From positions 1-64,000 of the IMG/VR virus record IMGVR_UViG_3300044796_000222: DNA of 64,000 nt, one strand, 5' to 3'. The position numbers and the translations under genes were made by a program. This DNA is from a virus. Shown here in pieces: positions 47,086 through 57,257 of this stretch (positions are counted from its first letter, which is position 1; each line of letters begins with the position of its first letter). A model generated the notes under the pieces. It had not been told where the DNA came from, did not search any database, and was given only the letters and a program-made list of their open reading frames with translations.

Positions 47086-48834
47086 TCAGGCCCGCGCGGC
47101 GGAACCGTTCATGACGGCGAAGAGCGCCTGAGACCGCGAAACCGTCTGGTTCTTCGCCGACATCTTCGCGATGTACGCGTTGATCTTCTGGTCGACGGTC
47201 GCTTCCTTGCCGCCTTCGCCACCAAGCGTGGTCTCGCGGATGCTCGTCGGGTCCGGCGCGACCTGCGTGAAGTCGGTCGGGCGATCGCCGGCTGCTACGC
47301 CGTCAAAGATGGCTTTGAAATTCGCATCGAACGCCTTCGGCGCGTGCTTCAGCATCGTCAAGAGGCCCTCGCGAGACTCCGGCGTGTCGCTGAACTTGAA
47401 GCCGTAGGTCTCGCCGCACTTGATCACGACGTTGACCTTCGCGTTGAGGGCGATGTCGTCGCGCTTGGTGATCTCTGCCTTCGCGGCATCGAGATCCGTG
47501 CGGAGAGTCGTGATCTGCGACTCCGCAGCTTTCAACTCGACGACCTTTGCAATGACGTCCTCATCGGTCGCGGTGGCAGGCAAGCCCATCGCCGACTTCG
47601 CGGTGAGGAGCGCCTTCTGAGCCGCAGCGCCAACGGCAGCGGTAGCAGCGGACGCCTTGAGCGCCGTGACGGCAGCCACAGCAGCGGTTTCGTTGGCAGA
47701 CTCGTTGAGTTCGAGTGCGGTCAAAAGCAGTTTCATCTCAGCACCACCTTCCATGGGCACGTAGTCACGTTCGACTTGTGTAGCCGTCGCATCCAATTCA
47801 ACGTCGCCACCATCGACGACCTTGAATCCGATCTTGAACAGCCGATCCTTGTGGTTGACGATCGCGTAGTCATCGAAGATTTCGACGACCCGCGCGTTCC
47901 AACCGAGCGCGTCATAGACGTGCTCACAAACTTCTTGGCAGATGTCACTGAGCGAGATATCGCGCAGTTTGATGAGCGCGCGCTTATCTGAGCACGCGAG
48001 GCTCTTCTTCACGGCGTCATCGACGAACACGCGGCGCATCGCGACGTTTCGCGCGCTCATCATCCCGGCTTGCTCGTCGCCACCCTCATCGTCGCCGAGG
48101 TCGCCGTCGCACTTGACGCACTTGGTAGCGTCCTTCGTGTTGACGGTGCCGCACATCTTGCACATCTTGTAGACGTTGCTGGCCGCAACCGGCGCGACGT
48201 CATCCGTCGCGGCCACAGCCGCAGCATCGTTCTTTTTCGCCATCGCGATCGCCGCCTCCGCTTGCTTCGCTGTCACCCGATCCATTCCATCGAGGAACGG
48301 TCGGTTGGTGAGGGCGACGCTGGTGAGCATCGCTCCAATCTTTTTGCCAGTCACTCGATCGCGCGCAGCGAACTGGACGGCCGGCGAGATGTAGCGATAC
48401 TCGCCGCCGCGCACGTATTGGCAGCCTTCGCTGTTCTGGTTCCACTCGACCAGAGCCTCCATGCGAAACTCGTCGTATCGGAGTTCGATGATGAAGCCGC
48501 TGGCGGGCGCACCGTGCTGATAGACGCCACCGTCAATCGCTTCGCTCGCGTGCTCGAAGTCGAGCGGTGGTTTGCTTTGCTGAGAGGCGAAGTTGTCCGC
48601 CATCTCTTTGTATTGCTTGAGGCCGAACTCAAACTCGCCAGCCGGGTGCCCCTTGTAGACGCCCGTCTTCGCGACCTGAATCCACGTCTTCGGCTTGCCG
48701 ACGAGCGCCTTGTCCGCGCACTGCACGATCAAGTCGTCGCGGACGCTATCGCCGATCTCTTGATTCAGTTCCGGCGCCAGATGCCCGGTGATGAATTGCG
48801 CCTTAGCTGCCATCGTCGATATCCCCAGCGCCAT
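47086..48834 (-). CDS. Mu-like prohead protease (gpI) with scaffold
   Basis: WIQVAKTG; LDFEH; APASG; EYRYISP; LTSVALTNRPFL. Confidence 0.9.
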   Translation of the reverse strand: MALGISTMAAKAQFITGHLAPELNQEIGDSVRDDLIVQCADKALVGKPKTWIQVAKTGVYKGHPAGEFEFGLKQYKEMADNFASQQSKPPLDFEHASEAIDGGVYQHGAPASGFIIELRYDEFRMEALVEWNQNSEGCQYVRGGEYRYISPAVQFAARDRVTGKKIGAMLTSVALTNRPFLDGMDRVTAKQAEAAIAMAKKNDAAAVAATDDVAPVAASNVYKMCKMCGTVNTKDATKCVKCDGDLGDDEGGDEQAGMMSARNVAMRRVFVDDAVKKSLACSDKRALIKLRDISLSDICQEVCEHVYDALGWNARVVEIFDDYAIVNHKDRLFKIGFKVVDGGDVELDATATQVERDYVPMEGGAEMKLLLTALELNESANETAAVAAVTALKASAATAAVGAAAQKALLTAKSAMGLPATATDEDVIAKVVELKAAESQITTLRTDLDAAKAEITKRDDIALNAKVNVVIKCGETYGFKFSDTPESREGLLTMLKHAPKAFDANFKAIFDGVAAGDRPTDFTQVAPDPTSIRETTLGGEGGKEATVDQKINAYIAKMSAKNQTVSRSQALFAVMNGSAARA

Positions 48835-50383
48835 CGCGGTTGTCGTCCTTGCCGTTGTCGCTACCTTCGCCGCCCTCAGCCGGACTCTTCGGGCGCGTTT
48901 CGCCTTCGGCCAGCGCAGGCGGCCCGCCGTTCGTGCCCTGAGCCATTGGATACAAGTAGAGTTGCGTCTGCTTGCCAGCGGGGCGCGGCGCCATCGTGAA
49001 GTGGCTTCGCATCCAATCGCACTCGATCTGAAGCCCGCGATCGATTAGACCAACAGTGCGCGTGTACTCGCCCTGAAGGTCGTCGCTCGACGCCGGATAC
49101 AACTCGAACGTCGGGCAGTAGAGGTCGCAGAGTTCCTTGCCGAACTGCTTGCGAATGAGCGGCTGAAGGATGTAGCGGTGGAACGTCTCCGACATCGCAA
49201 CGCGGTCGTCGCGCGCAATGTCGTCACGAACCCTGTCCTGCACCTTGCCGAGCGCGTGCGTGCCGTGACCAGGCGCTTCAGTCGTGAGCGTCTGCCCCAA
49301 GACCGCCTTCGACATCGCGGCGTCGAGATAGGTTGTGAGCGTGTGGTGGACGGTGTTGTGGCCGTCAGGCTGCACCAACTCGAACTTCGCCGTCGCCGGG
49401 AGTACCGCCGTCGTCATCGACGACATACGGTCCAACATCTTCTTCGCGAGTTGAATGTCCGCCGCGTCCGCGTTCTTTTCGAAGTACGCAATGCGCCACG
49501 GCTGGCCGAACAACTCGCTGAACTTCATCCAGTCGCGGACGGTCCAGATGCTAAACATCGAATAGAACGTCAGCACACGACCAAGACCCTGACGCGTCGG
49601 GATCTCAGGACCCATCGGCTTCGGGGTATGCACCGCGAAACGGTCAGGCCACGTGGCGAAGATGTCTACGCCGGGGAAGATGCCGAGCTGCGGATCGTAC
49701 TCGTTACCTTGCTCGTCCCAGAGGTGAACGCGCCAACTGACGGTATAGGAGAGGCGCTTCGGCTGAATGCCGTACAACTCCTCGACGCCGATACCGAAAC
49801 GGTCGCGCTTCCACTTGATTTCGACAGCGCTGGCCGGGTAGTAAATACCGCCGGCAAGATGTCGAAGCGCCATGCCGAGTTGCGGGATCTCCGCAATTCG
49901 CATCTGCGCATACTCGTTGATCTTGTTCGCGACCTTGACCGAACGCTTCGAGCCGCCCGGATACTTCGGGATCGTGCGCCACTTGCATCCGCTGATCGCA
50001 AGCTCGCGCGTCGAGAGAACCGCGTGGAGGTGAGGGACCTTCTCGCGCTGCTCAGTGAGCAAGTCGCAGAACTGAGCCATGTAGCCCAGGTTCGCGCGGT
50101 AGAGCGCCTGCGATACGCTTGCAGGGTCCATCGACGGACCCTGGATGTACGGCATCCGGGCGATGTACGGCGAGTCCGCCGCAACGGTGCCAGGCGTCGA
50201 CCGAATCGGCTCACTCGGCCACTGCGGTCCAATCGTGCGGGACAACGCAACGATCGTGTCGTGGATTTCCTGCTTCGTCAGGACCGGGCGATCGGCCGCC
50301 TCTACTTCGGCTCGGCCGCTCTCACGCCACGCTTGCGCGACCGCATTGAAGGTTGCGGACGCACGCTCGCGGAACGACGCCAC
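48803..50383 (-). CDS. Portal protein, DUF935 / Mu gp29 family
   Basis: HLHAVLxTR; WxxFxExFGxP; MSKAVLGQTLTT; HALGxV. Confidence 0.9.
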   Translation of the reverse strand: MASFRERASATFNAVAQAWRESGRAEVEAADRPVLTKQEIHDTIVALSRTIGPQWPSEPIRSTPGTVAADSPYIARMPYIQGPSMDPASVSQALYRANLGYMAQFCDLLTEQREKVPHLHAVLSTRELAISGCKWRTIPKYPGGSKRSVKVANKINEYAQMRIAEIPQLGMALRHLAGGIYYPASAVEIKWKRDRFGIGVEELYGIQPKRLSYTVSWRVHLWDEQGNEYDPQLGIFPGVDIFATWPDRFAVHTPKPMGPEIPTRQGLGRVLTFYSMFSIWTVRDWMKFSELFGQPWRIAYFEKNADAADIQLAKKMLDRMSSMTTAVLPATAKFELVQPDGHNTVHHTLTTYLDAAMSKAVLGQTLTTEAPGHGTHALGKVQDRVRDDIARDDRVAMSETFHRYILQPLIRKQFGKELCDLYCPTFELYPASSDDLQGEYTRTVGLIDRGLQIECDWMRSHFTMAPRPAGKQTQLYLYPMAQGTNGGPPALAEGETRPKSPAEGGEGSDNGKDDNRDGAGDIDDGS

Positions 50384-52060
50384 TTAGAATCCGCGACCCT
50401 TGCGCTCGTACATGGAGAGAACACCTTCGGGAGCCCAGCCATCCGGCGCGGTCGGCTTGAACGCTTCTGGAACTTCGTCGCCCACACGCTCGACGCCACC
50501 CTTGGTCATCGATCCTGCGGCGTACTGGTCGTAACTGGTGCGGGCGCCGGAGACCTCGATCGTGAAGTCGGCGCCGCCGAGCGCGTCGTAGGCCCAAGCC
50601 ATCGCGTCGACTTGATCATCGTGAGGATCGCTAACGCCAGTGAAGGCGAGAACCTCGGATTGGAACTTGTCGATCCACTCGTACTGCGCAGACGCTGACT
50701 CATCCTCGATCCCATACCGATCGCCTTCTGGCGACACGCACGGGTTGGGAAGCAGAATCAGCCCAGCATTCCAGGCCGCCGCAACCGGCTGGGCGCGGAC
50801 GAACTTATCAGAGCGCGTGATGTCGATCTGAAAGTTCAGCGATGGACCGGAGTATGACTTGGCTTCGCCGCGACCGCGATTGCCGTCGACGCCACCGAAC
50901 TCAGAGTCGTCGTCCTTCGCGTTCATCAGGTCGAGCGAGCCGGCCTCGACGCTGGCGACGTAGCCGCCGATGCGAGCGCTGGGATACTCTCGACGAAGGC
51001 CGCGAAGCACGGCCCTGAACTGCGGAGTCGCCGCGTGCATCCTGATAACCTTCAGGACGTAGTAGATGCCTTTGTGGAGCATCATCACGACTGCGGCGGC
51101 GTAGTCGGATGACGTCTTCGCCGAGTAGGCCAGGTCGCACCCGATGGCGATCCTGAAACTGTCTACAGGTAATTCGTTGGCGGCGTATAGAGCGACGCCG
51201 TTGAAAACGGAACCACCCTTTCGACGCGGGCGACAGTCGTATAAGCACGCCCACTCGTATTCTCCGATTTTAGATCGGATTGTGGTAAGCGCTTTGACTG
51301 GCCATCGTTCGGGCCAGAGCGATGTCCCTGCCTCTCGCCCTGTCGGGTCGTCCTCGCCAGCGATTGCTGGCAAGCAGATCGTTTCCCAATCTCCGTCGCC
51401 GCTCTTTATCTGCCTTCCCTGGAGATCGTCGTCATGCCATCTCGTGTGGCACACTATAACGGAGCCGTTTGGCTCTCGACGCGTCAAAGCCGTCGACTGG
51501 AACCATTCGCTAACTGCTTCGCGCTTGATCGCGGACTCTGCGGCGGCTCTGTCTTTGTGGGGGTCGTCGACAAATATGCATTGTGCGCCGAAGCCTGTCA
51601 GGCTCCCACCTACACCCACAGCAATCACCCCCCCACGATTCGAGGTGCGCCACTCGCTTTTGGAGTTCGTCTCTTTCGAGAATTCGACCCCGGCGAGCCT
51701 GGCGTACTCCCGCGCCTTCGATGACTGGAATAGCGCGAGTTTCGATGAGTAGGACGCGTATGCGATCGTCCAGTCCGAATGGCTGACGAGCAGCCACGCG
51801 ATTGAATGAAGCAACGTCTCGGATTTTGAAAAACGAGGCGGCACGCTGAGCAGGGCGAATACTTGCTCGCCGGATCGAATGCGCTCCAACACGGAAAGTA
51901 GCGGGGCCAGGTGGAGTGGTTTGCTAAACTTCGGCGAAATCCTAGGAATGAAGTCCGCCAGCGACTCCGAAGATCCACGCGTCGTCTGAAGTTGCGTCTC
52001 GATCTGCCTCTTGTGAGGTTCGAGAACCTCATCGAGAATGCTGCGCTTGCCACCAGCCAT
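50384..52060 (-). CDS. terL: Terminase large subunit
   Basis: PPRFSKS Walker A; LTGFGA; FVDDPHK; TRWHDDDL; CDLA; HDDQVDA. Confidence 0.95.
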   Translation of the reverse strand: MAGGKRSILDEVLEPHKRQIETQLQTTRGSSESLADFIPRISPKFSKPLHLAPLLSVLERIRSGEQVFALLSVPPRFSKSETLLHSIAWLLVSHSDWTIAYASYSSKLALFQSSKAREYARLAGVEFSKETNSKSEWRTSNRGGVIAVGVGGSLTGFGAQCIFVDDPHKDRAAAESAIKREAVSEWFQSTALTRREPNGSVIVCHTRWHDDDLQGRQIKSGDGDWETICLPAIAGEDDPTGREAGTSLWPERWPVKALTTIRSKIGEYEWACLYDCRPRRKGGSVFNGVALYAANELPVDSFRIAIGCDLAYSAKTSSDYAAAVVMMLHKGIYYVLKVIRMHAATPQFRAVLRGLRREYPSARIGGYVASVEAGSLDLMNAKDDDSEFGGVDGNRGRGEAKSYSGPSLNFQIDITRSDKFVRAQPVAAAWNAGLILLPNPCVSPEGDRYGIEDESASAQYEWIDKFQSEVLAFTGVSDPHDDQVDAMAWAYDALGGADFTIEVSGARTSYDQYAAGSMTKGGVERVGDEVPEAFKPTAPDGWAPEGVLSMYERKGRGF

Positions 52061-52593
52061 CAGTGCGTAGTGGCCGCGTCGATGTCCGCGAGAACGCTGT
52101 CCTGCGTGATCGTCTCGGACTCGTCGGCGTCAATCTCTTGCGCGCGGGTCATCGCGGTCATGATCCGCTGCATCAACTGCGGCTCGTTGGCGAACTCACT
52201 GCGGAGTGCCACGACAAGCCCGTTGAGCGTGGCCTTCAGGACGGCGCGCGTGTTCGGGTGGAACTCTTGCGGCATCTGCCGTTCGATGACCCAGCACGCC
52301 AACTTCGTGTCGAGCCCCGCCGGGTTGTCAACGTCGAGGCCCGCTTCGATCACATCGAGCGCCTTGTCAACGAGAATTGACTCGGCCCTCTGCGCCCTCT
52401 CGAAGAACTGCGCGAACGGGCTATCGCCTTGGTCGGCGAGTCGGCGCCACGTCACCCATCGAGCGGGCGTGACGCCGAGTGACCGAGCGGCGCGAGCAAG
52501 CGGGACGCCCTTGGATGACTTCTCGATGATCTGGCGCGCAAGCTCCTGCGTCAGACCGCATCGAGTCACCCACTGAGCATCGCCGCCGGCCAT
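52060..52593 (-). CDS. Terminase small subunit (putative)
   Basis: N-terminal HTH; WVIERQMPQEF motif; TGATG-coupled to terL. Confidence 0.7.
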   Translation of the reverse strand: MAGGDAQWVTRCGLTQELARQIIEKSSKGVPLARAARSLGVTPARWVTWRRLADQGDSPFAQFFERAQRAESILVDKALDVIEAGLDVDNPAGLDTKLACWVIERQMPQEFHPNTRAVLKATLNGLVVALRSEFANEPQLMQRIMTAMTRAQEIDADESETITQDSVLADIDAATTH

Positions 52594-52596
52594 CGC

Positions 52597-53679
52597 TTAC
52601 CAGTTCGCGAGAACGTACGAGAGCGTCGAGGTTTCCGTCGCCGACGAGTCAGCGAAGACGAGCGAGCCCGTGCCGGCGCCAGTCGTCACCGTGCAAGACA
52701 GGTTGCCCATCGTTCCAACCGCCGCGAGACGCCCGTAGCCAAGGCCGTCGCCAGTGCGAACGAAGAGGTTCGCGACGGTAACCGCGCCGCTCGACAGCGC
52801 CGCCGTGGTGCCCTTCTCGACACGCGGGTACCAAGCCGTCGACGTCGTGTCGATCACCACCGCGCCGGTCGTGGTCATCTTCCATTCGGACGACGAGTAG
52901 CGCGTGCCTTCGCTGACCTGGACGAGCATGCCGTTCAGGGCCGTGGCGCCAGTAGCATAGCCGGCAGGACGCGTGAGAGGCGCTGTGCCGGTCGTCACTG
53001 TGCCGACGACGTAGAGGCCGTTCTGAGACGCCGTCGTCTGCATCGGCAGAAGGACGATGTCGCCAGCCACGTTCGTAACGTCGTCGTTTCCGGCGACCGT
53101 AAAGGAACTCAGGGACGCGACGTTCGCGGGGACGATGTTGCGAGCCTGGTTCGTGAGGGAGACGGCTGCGGGGCTCGCGCCAGTGGCGGCTGGGATTGAG
53201 AACTCGACCCAGACGCCGAACGTCGTGTCGACGCTTTTGATCTTGCCGGCGATGGGGCGCGTGCCGCCGGCACTTGTGAGAGCCACGGTTTGGTCATCAA
53301 CCACGTAGCAGTAGGCGCCGATGTTAGCGCTTGTAATCGCGTCGGCCCCGGCACTGTTGGCCATGGGGAAGGCAGAGGCGCCCCCTACGACGGGGCACTG
53401 GATTGCGCCTGCGCCACCCGCCGTGTTGTCGGCAGTGATTGCGGCGCAACCGATGATGGTTAGCGTGTTGAGCGCGGTTGCCCGGTTGAGGTTGCCGCTC
53501 GCGTCCAAGCCAACCATTCCGGTGGCGATGATTTTTGTGCTCGCAGCGACGGGGAAGCCCTTCACCTGAGACGCCGATCCGCTAACCACGACCGTGGTTG
53601 GGTTGACGTACTGTGCAGCCTGAAACGGCGGCCAAGCGTAGAAGGTCGTTGAACTACGGGGCGATACGATTGCGCTCAT
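52597..53679 (-). CDS. Putative head fibre/decoration protein
   Basis: PVAASTKIxxxxMV cement-like N-terminal domain; VLLxxQTTASQNGLYVV fibre motif. Confidence 0.65.
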   Translation of the reverse strand: MSAIVSPRSSTTFYAWPPFQAAQYVNPTTVVVSGSASQVKGFPVAASTKIIATGMVGLDASGNLNRATALNTLTIIGCAAITADNTAGGAGAIQCPVVGGASAFPMANSAGADAITSANIGAYCYVVDDQTVALTSAGGTRPIAGKIKSVDTTFGVWVEFSIPAATGASPAAVSLTNQARNIVPANVASLSSFTVAGNDDVTNVAGDIVLLPMQTTASQNGLYVVGTVTTGTAPLTRPAGYATGATALNGMLVQVSEGTRYSSSEWKMTTTGAVVIDTTSTAWYPRVEKGTTAALSSGAVTVANLFVRTGDGLGYGRLAAVGTMGNLSCTVTTGAGTGSLVFADSSATETSTLSYVLANW

Positions 53680-53789
53680 GGTCGTGCCTCTCGTTCATGG
53701 AGAACGCGGTCTGGTGAGACGTGGTGCGGATAGACCCGCGAGATGTTGGCGAGCGCCTGCGGTCCTGGACGCGCGGAGCTGCGAGCGTA

Positions 53790-53911
53790 CCTATCTTGAA
53801 CGTTCTACCTCGCGAGGCAATCAAGATGTCTCAAGAGAAATCCATTGAAATTCTTCTGATTCAAGTTTTCTCACTTGCGATCTACGCTGTGGCCGTCTAA
53901 AACCGCGCTTC
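53790..53911. promoter_or_regulatory. AT-rich divergent control region
   Basis: Between the leftward late operon and the rightward block; ATCTTGA/TCAAGAT inverted pair; TTGCGA-N17-TAAAAC. Confidence 0.55.
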
Positions 53912-54157
53912 ATGGAGCGACTGCCAGATCCGAAGGGGCCATACGTCGAACGCGTGAAGGAGAAGTTGCGAAAGGGGGAGCGACCTGACGTTGTGCGGTG
54001 GAAGGGCGTCGCCGCAGCGCTGAACATGTCGGAAGACGCACTGCTGCGGATGCGCCGGTCCGGTCGCGCGAAAGAGATTCCAGTATTCCGCCAGCGCAAC
54101 GGGGTGCTTGTCTCCTTCGTGGAGATCATCCTCGTTTGGGCCTCAGAGGAGCCATGA
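53912..54157 (+). CDS. HTH DNA-binding protein (excisionase/MerR-like)
   Basis: WKGVAAALNMSEDALLRM...IPVFR. Confidence 0.6.
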   Translation: MERLPDPKGPYVERVKEKLRKGERPDVVRWKGVAAALNMSEDALLRMRRSGRAKEIPVFRQRNGVLVSFVEIILVWASEEP

Positions 54158-54440
54158 TCTACTTCATCCAGGCTGGGCACGTGCCGCTCAGAAGGCTCAG
54201 CCGTCGTTCGCTGAGAGCGACGTGGAGGGCGCCCGTGCCGCCGAGCGCCTGAAGGCCGCTGGCGAGCGCGACAAGTTGCGCGCCAAGCACTACGAAGAAA
54301 CACGGAATCACTCGAACGTCTTGTGGGAAGAACGAGAAGTGCTGCGCGAAGCGAAGGCTGAGATCGAGCGCCTCCGCGCTTCCCTCGCGCTCTTGACGCC
54401 GCCGAAGTCGTTCTTACCATCCGAGCATGACCGTCGCTGA
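54154..54440 (+). pseudogene. Possible deletion junction: GIY-YIG-like start fused out of frame to a headless coiled-coil ORF
   Basis: GAGGAG-ATG MIYFIQAG, then the coding-like sequence continues in another frame. Confidence 0.35.
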
Positions 54441-54792
54441 ATCCAACGTCGTCTGGTGCTACTCCGATCAGAAGAACCCCGACTCGTGGCCGAACCACGC
54501 CGACACGCGCGAGCAGGCTATCGAGATGGGTCGAGAGACCTACGGGCACGACGTCACGTTCTGGATCGCGATGGGGCATCGGCAGGGCGCTTCCGGTATC
54601 GCGCTCGACGCTGACGGCTACATCGAAAACATGCGCGACCACGCCGCCGAGGAGTGCGAGGACGGCGCGGAGTTCGTCGAAGTGAAGCCGGGCGGCAAGG
54701 AAGCGCTCGACGCTCTACTCGCGACGTGGCTCGCTCAATACGTCGAGGTGACCTACTGGATCGTCGACGGCGAGCAGGTGCAAATTGACTGA
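54427..54792 (+). CDS. Hypothetical protein
   Basis: Strong codon bias. Confidence 0.7.
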   Translation: MTVAESNVVWCYSDQKNPDSWPNHADTREQAIEMGRETYGHDVTFWIAMGHRQGASGIALDADGYIENMRDHAAEECEDGAEFVEVKPGGKEALDALLATWLAQYVEVTYWIVDGEQVQID

Positions 54793-55147
54793 CCGCCGCC
54801 TCACCATCGTCGTGGACGCCGACCAGAATCCTCCCATCGATCCGATCGCATGCGCCCTCATCGCGCTCTGGCGATCGAATGGCGCCGTGACCGCCGACGG
54901 TGCCGAGTGGTTGCTGAAGTCCAGCACTGGCATGCGCCATGAGTGGCTCGCTCGTGATGCCGAGCATGTTGCCCCGCTGGTTGCGTGGATCGAAACGGTC
55001 GTCCGCGCGAAAATCGAGGCGGAGAACGCTGCCCGTGTCGCCTCCGACAAGGCCGCACTTCGCGCCGTATTCCACGAACATCGCATGGCGTCACCGGCTG
55101 TCGGCGGCATGCTCGGTACCGCTTCCGAAGTGCGAGGGCCGCGATGA
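54785..55147 (+). CDS. Hypothetical protein
   Basis: Coupled ORF. Confidence 0.55.
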   Translation: MTDRRLTIVVDADQNPPIDPIACALIALWRSNGAVTADGAEWLLKSSTGMRHEWLARDAEHVAPLVAWIETVVRAKIEAENAARVASDKAALRAVFHEHRMASPAVGGMLGTASEVRGPR

Positions 55148-56157
55148 GGGTCGGCCTGAGCCCAGAACTCGATGAGGCCGCATTGGCCTACTGGCGAGCC
55201 AACAGGCGGCCAGGACGCGTTACCGTCGCACCGAAACTCGACCTAAGAAGTCAGATGATGGCGATTGGGCCAACATTGGCCAAGGGCGTGTCTGGAGATG
55301 ATCTGGAAACGTTCGTTGCCGGTGTATGGTCTGTCGACAAAATTAAAGACCCTATCGTCGGGCCGATGCTCTCGATGCCTGGCTTCAGGTCGTTCGCTGG
55401 ATTCGCTGCGAGGTGGGCAATGTGTGGATTCCCAGCAGTGTCCGTTGGCCACAGGCTGACTGCGTCGCTGATGTCTACAACCGTGTCACCTGACATCATC
55501 GGCGAGATCGTGTTCCCATGGCCAGCGTTCTCCGTGAACATCCCTCATGGGCTGATCTCGACCATCAGCCCGCAAAGCGGGTTGGCTGAAAGCATCAGCA
55601 ACGCCTGCATTCACAGGTACGTCGACGCTGCCGGCGATGTTTGGTTCGACCTGATCTGTGCCGCCGACACGTGTGAACTTCAGAGCGTGAACGTAAGAGC
55701 GGACGTGTTTTTTCGAGATGATTCGCGAGAGTCGCTGGCCGACGGAGAGTTCTGTGTTGGAGTGGACGAATCAGACGAGCGCGCGCTACTGCTCGTGCGT
55801 AGACTGCTTGTCGGTGTGTGTATCGAAATGAGCGACCGTGCGAATTCGAAGCCTCAAAACAAGAAGGCGCGCATGGGATGCCATGGCGTCATCGATAGAA
55901 ATGCGCCGGGCATGTCGCTCTGGCTTCTGACGCGAGACGTGAAGATCGATGCTCGTGAGGCATGCCGAGAATTCGTGAGCCATGGAGGAAGGTCGCCGGC
56001 CGTTCAATCGATGGTGCGTGGACACCACAAGCGTCAAGCGCATGGTCGGAACGGTTCACTTCGGAAGTGGATTCACGTTGAACCTTACTGGCGCGGACCA
56101 GAGGATGCGCCGATCGCGGTGCGCTCTCACCGACTGGACGACGGTGCTGCGTCATGA
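55144..56157 (+). CDS. Conserved phage protein with VRGHxxxQ...WIxxxxRG C-terminal motif
   Basis: VRGHHKRQAHG...KWIHVEPYWRGPEDAP. Confidence 0.7.
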   Translation: MRVGLSPELDEAALAYWRANRRPGRVTVAPKLDLRSQMMAIGPTLAKGVSGDDLETFVAGVWSVDKIKDPIVGPMLSMPGFRSFAGFAARWAMCGFPAVSVGHRLTASLMSTTVSPDIIGEIVFPWPAFSVNIPHGLISTISPQSGLAESISNACIHRYVDAAGDVWFDLICAADTCELQSVNVRADVFFRDDSRESLADGEFCVGVDESDERALLLVRRLLVGVCIEMSDRANSKPQNKKARMGCHGVIDRNAPGMSLWLLTRDVKIDAREACREFVSHGGRSPAVQSMVRGHHKRQAHGRNGSLRKWIHVEPYWRGPEDAPIAVRSHRLDDGAAS

Positions 56158-56468
56158 CCGCCAACCCCACCAGAGGCGCCTGGCTAGTCCGCCGCGCCAC
56201 CCTAGACGAAGAGATCGCGCGCCTGACGAAGCGCCTCGCGGAGCCGTCGGATCGCAGTAGCCCGCACAATCGCCTCCTAGACTTCGAATCGCGCCGACGT
56301 GCCCAAGAGCGCCTCACAGTCGCGCTGGCTGAACGCCTCGCCCACGGCAGCGATCCCGGCCCCAACGCCGTCGAGTTCGGCTTCGACTGGCTCGCTGGGC
56401 ACACGCGAAGGATCGCGAAAGAGCGTGATGTCGCGCTGGCGAAGTTGAAACGAATGGGGGCGGCCTGA
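56154..56468 (+). CDS. Hypothetical protein
   Basis: ATGA overlap. Confidence 0.55.
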   Translation: MTANPTRGAWLVRRATLDEEIARLTKRLAEPSDRSSPHNRLLDFESRRRAQERLTVALAERLAHGSDPGPNAVEFGFDWLAGHTRRIAKERDVALAKLKRMGAA

Positions 56469-56899
56469 TGTTCATTTGCGACGACTGCCGAAAGAAGAAC
56501 TGCGCCAACGAACGCGAATTTATGACGTCGTGGGGCACGTGCGAGTTCTGCAAGGCGCAGGCGTCGTGCTCTGACATCCATCACTCGCGGCTGCGTCTGA
56601 GGCTACCCGCGATCGACCCGATCATGCGCGAGTTGCTGGCCATCGTGGCGACGATGGAGGACGCGTGCGCCGACAGCCACCTGAACGCCAACACGCTCGC
56701 AGCCGGCGCGCGACGCGTTGATACGCACCGCGATCGCTACGTCGGCGACATCGCGGCACTGGAGTCCGTAGCCGCGCATATCGAAACGATCGTTCGTGAG
56801 AAGGTCTTTCGCGAAATGCTTGCCCGCAAACTGAAAGAACTGGCGCCAGCGTTCGAGGCGGACTTGGCTGAAGCGAAGAAGGGTGGAAGCGATGTCTGA
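56468..56899 (+). CDS. Hypothetical protein with N-terminal zinc finger
   Basis: CDDC...CEFC. Confidence 0.65.
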   Translation: MFICDDCRKKNCANEREFMTSWGTCEFCKAQASCSDIHHSRLRLRLPAIDPIMRELLAIVATMEDACADSHLNANTLAAGARRVDTHRDRYVGDIAALESVAAHIETIVREKVFREMLARKLKELAPAFEADLAEAKKGGSDV

Positions 56900-57257
56900 C
56901 ACAACGATCAAGATCGAACCATCGACAGCGGACTTGCGCGAAGCCGTCTCCGAGTGGGCGACCAAGCGCTTCGGCGCGACGTTCGGCCAGGACAGTGGCG
57001 GCGCTTGCCGAGCACTTCCCAAGTCGGCTCGCGGCTTCTTCGACGCCATCAAGAAACTCGTTTCGCACCTTCCGACTATGACGCTCGACGTGACGCACAC
57101 GCTGCCCGCTCGTTGGGTCGCCGTCGCTTACGTCCATCAAGGTCGCGTCAAGCGCTACCAACTGAGGCATGAACGGAACCGCAAGGTCCGCACGCGAGTC
57201 CATGACGTCACGTTTCGGCGAGACGGGCAGTCGATCGTCGGCGACGGGTGGGCGTGA
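56892..57257 (+). CDS. Hypothetical protein
   Basis: Coupled ORF. Confidence 0.55.
   Translation: MSDTTIKIEPSTADLREAVSEWATKRFGATFGQDSGGACRALPKSARGFFDAIKKLVSHLPTMTLDVTHTLPARWVAVAYVHQGRVKRYQLRHERNRKVRTRVHDVTFRRDGQSIVGDGWA

Noticed and set aside
49178-50698. 506-aa + strand ORF and similar long antisense ORFs
   Set aside because: GC-rich antisense shadows of portal and other structural genes.
50384-52060. Inteins in the terminase (also checked DnaB)
   Set aside because: Normal lengths and no splice-junction motifs seen.
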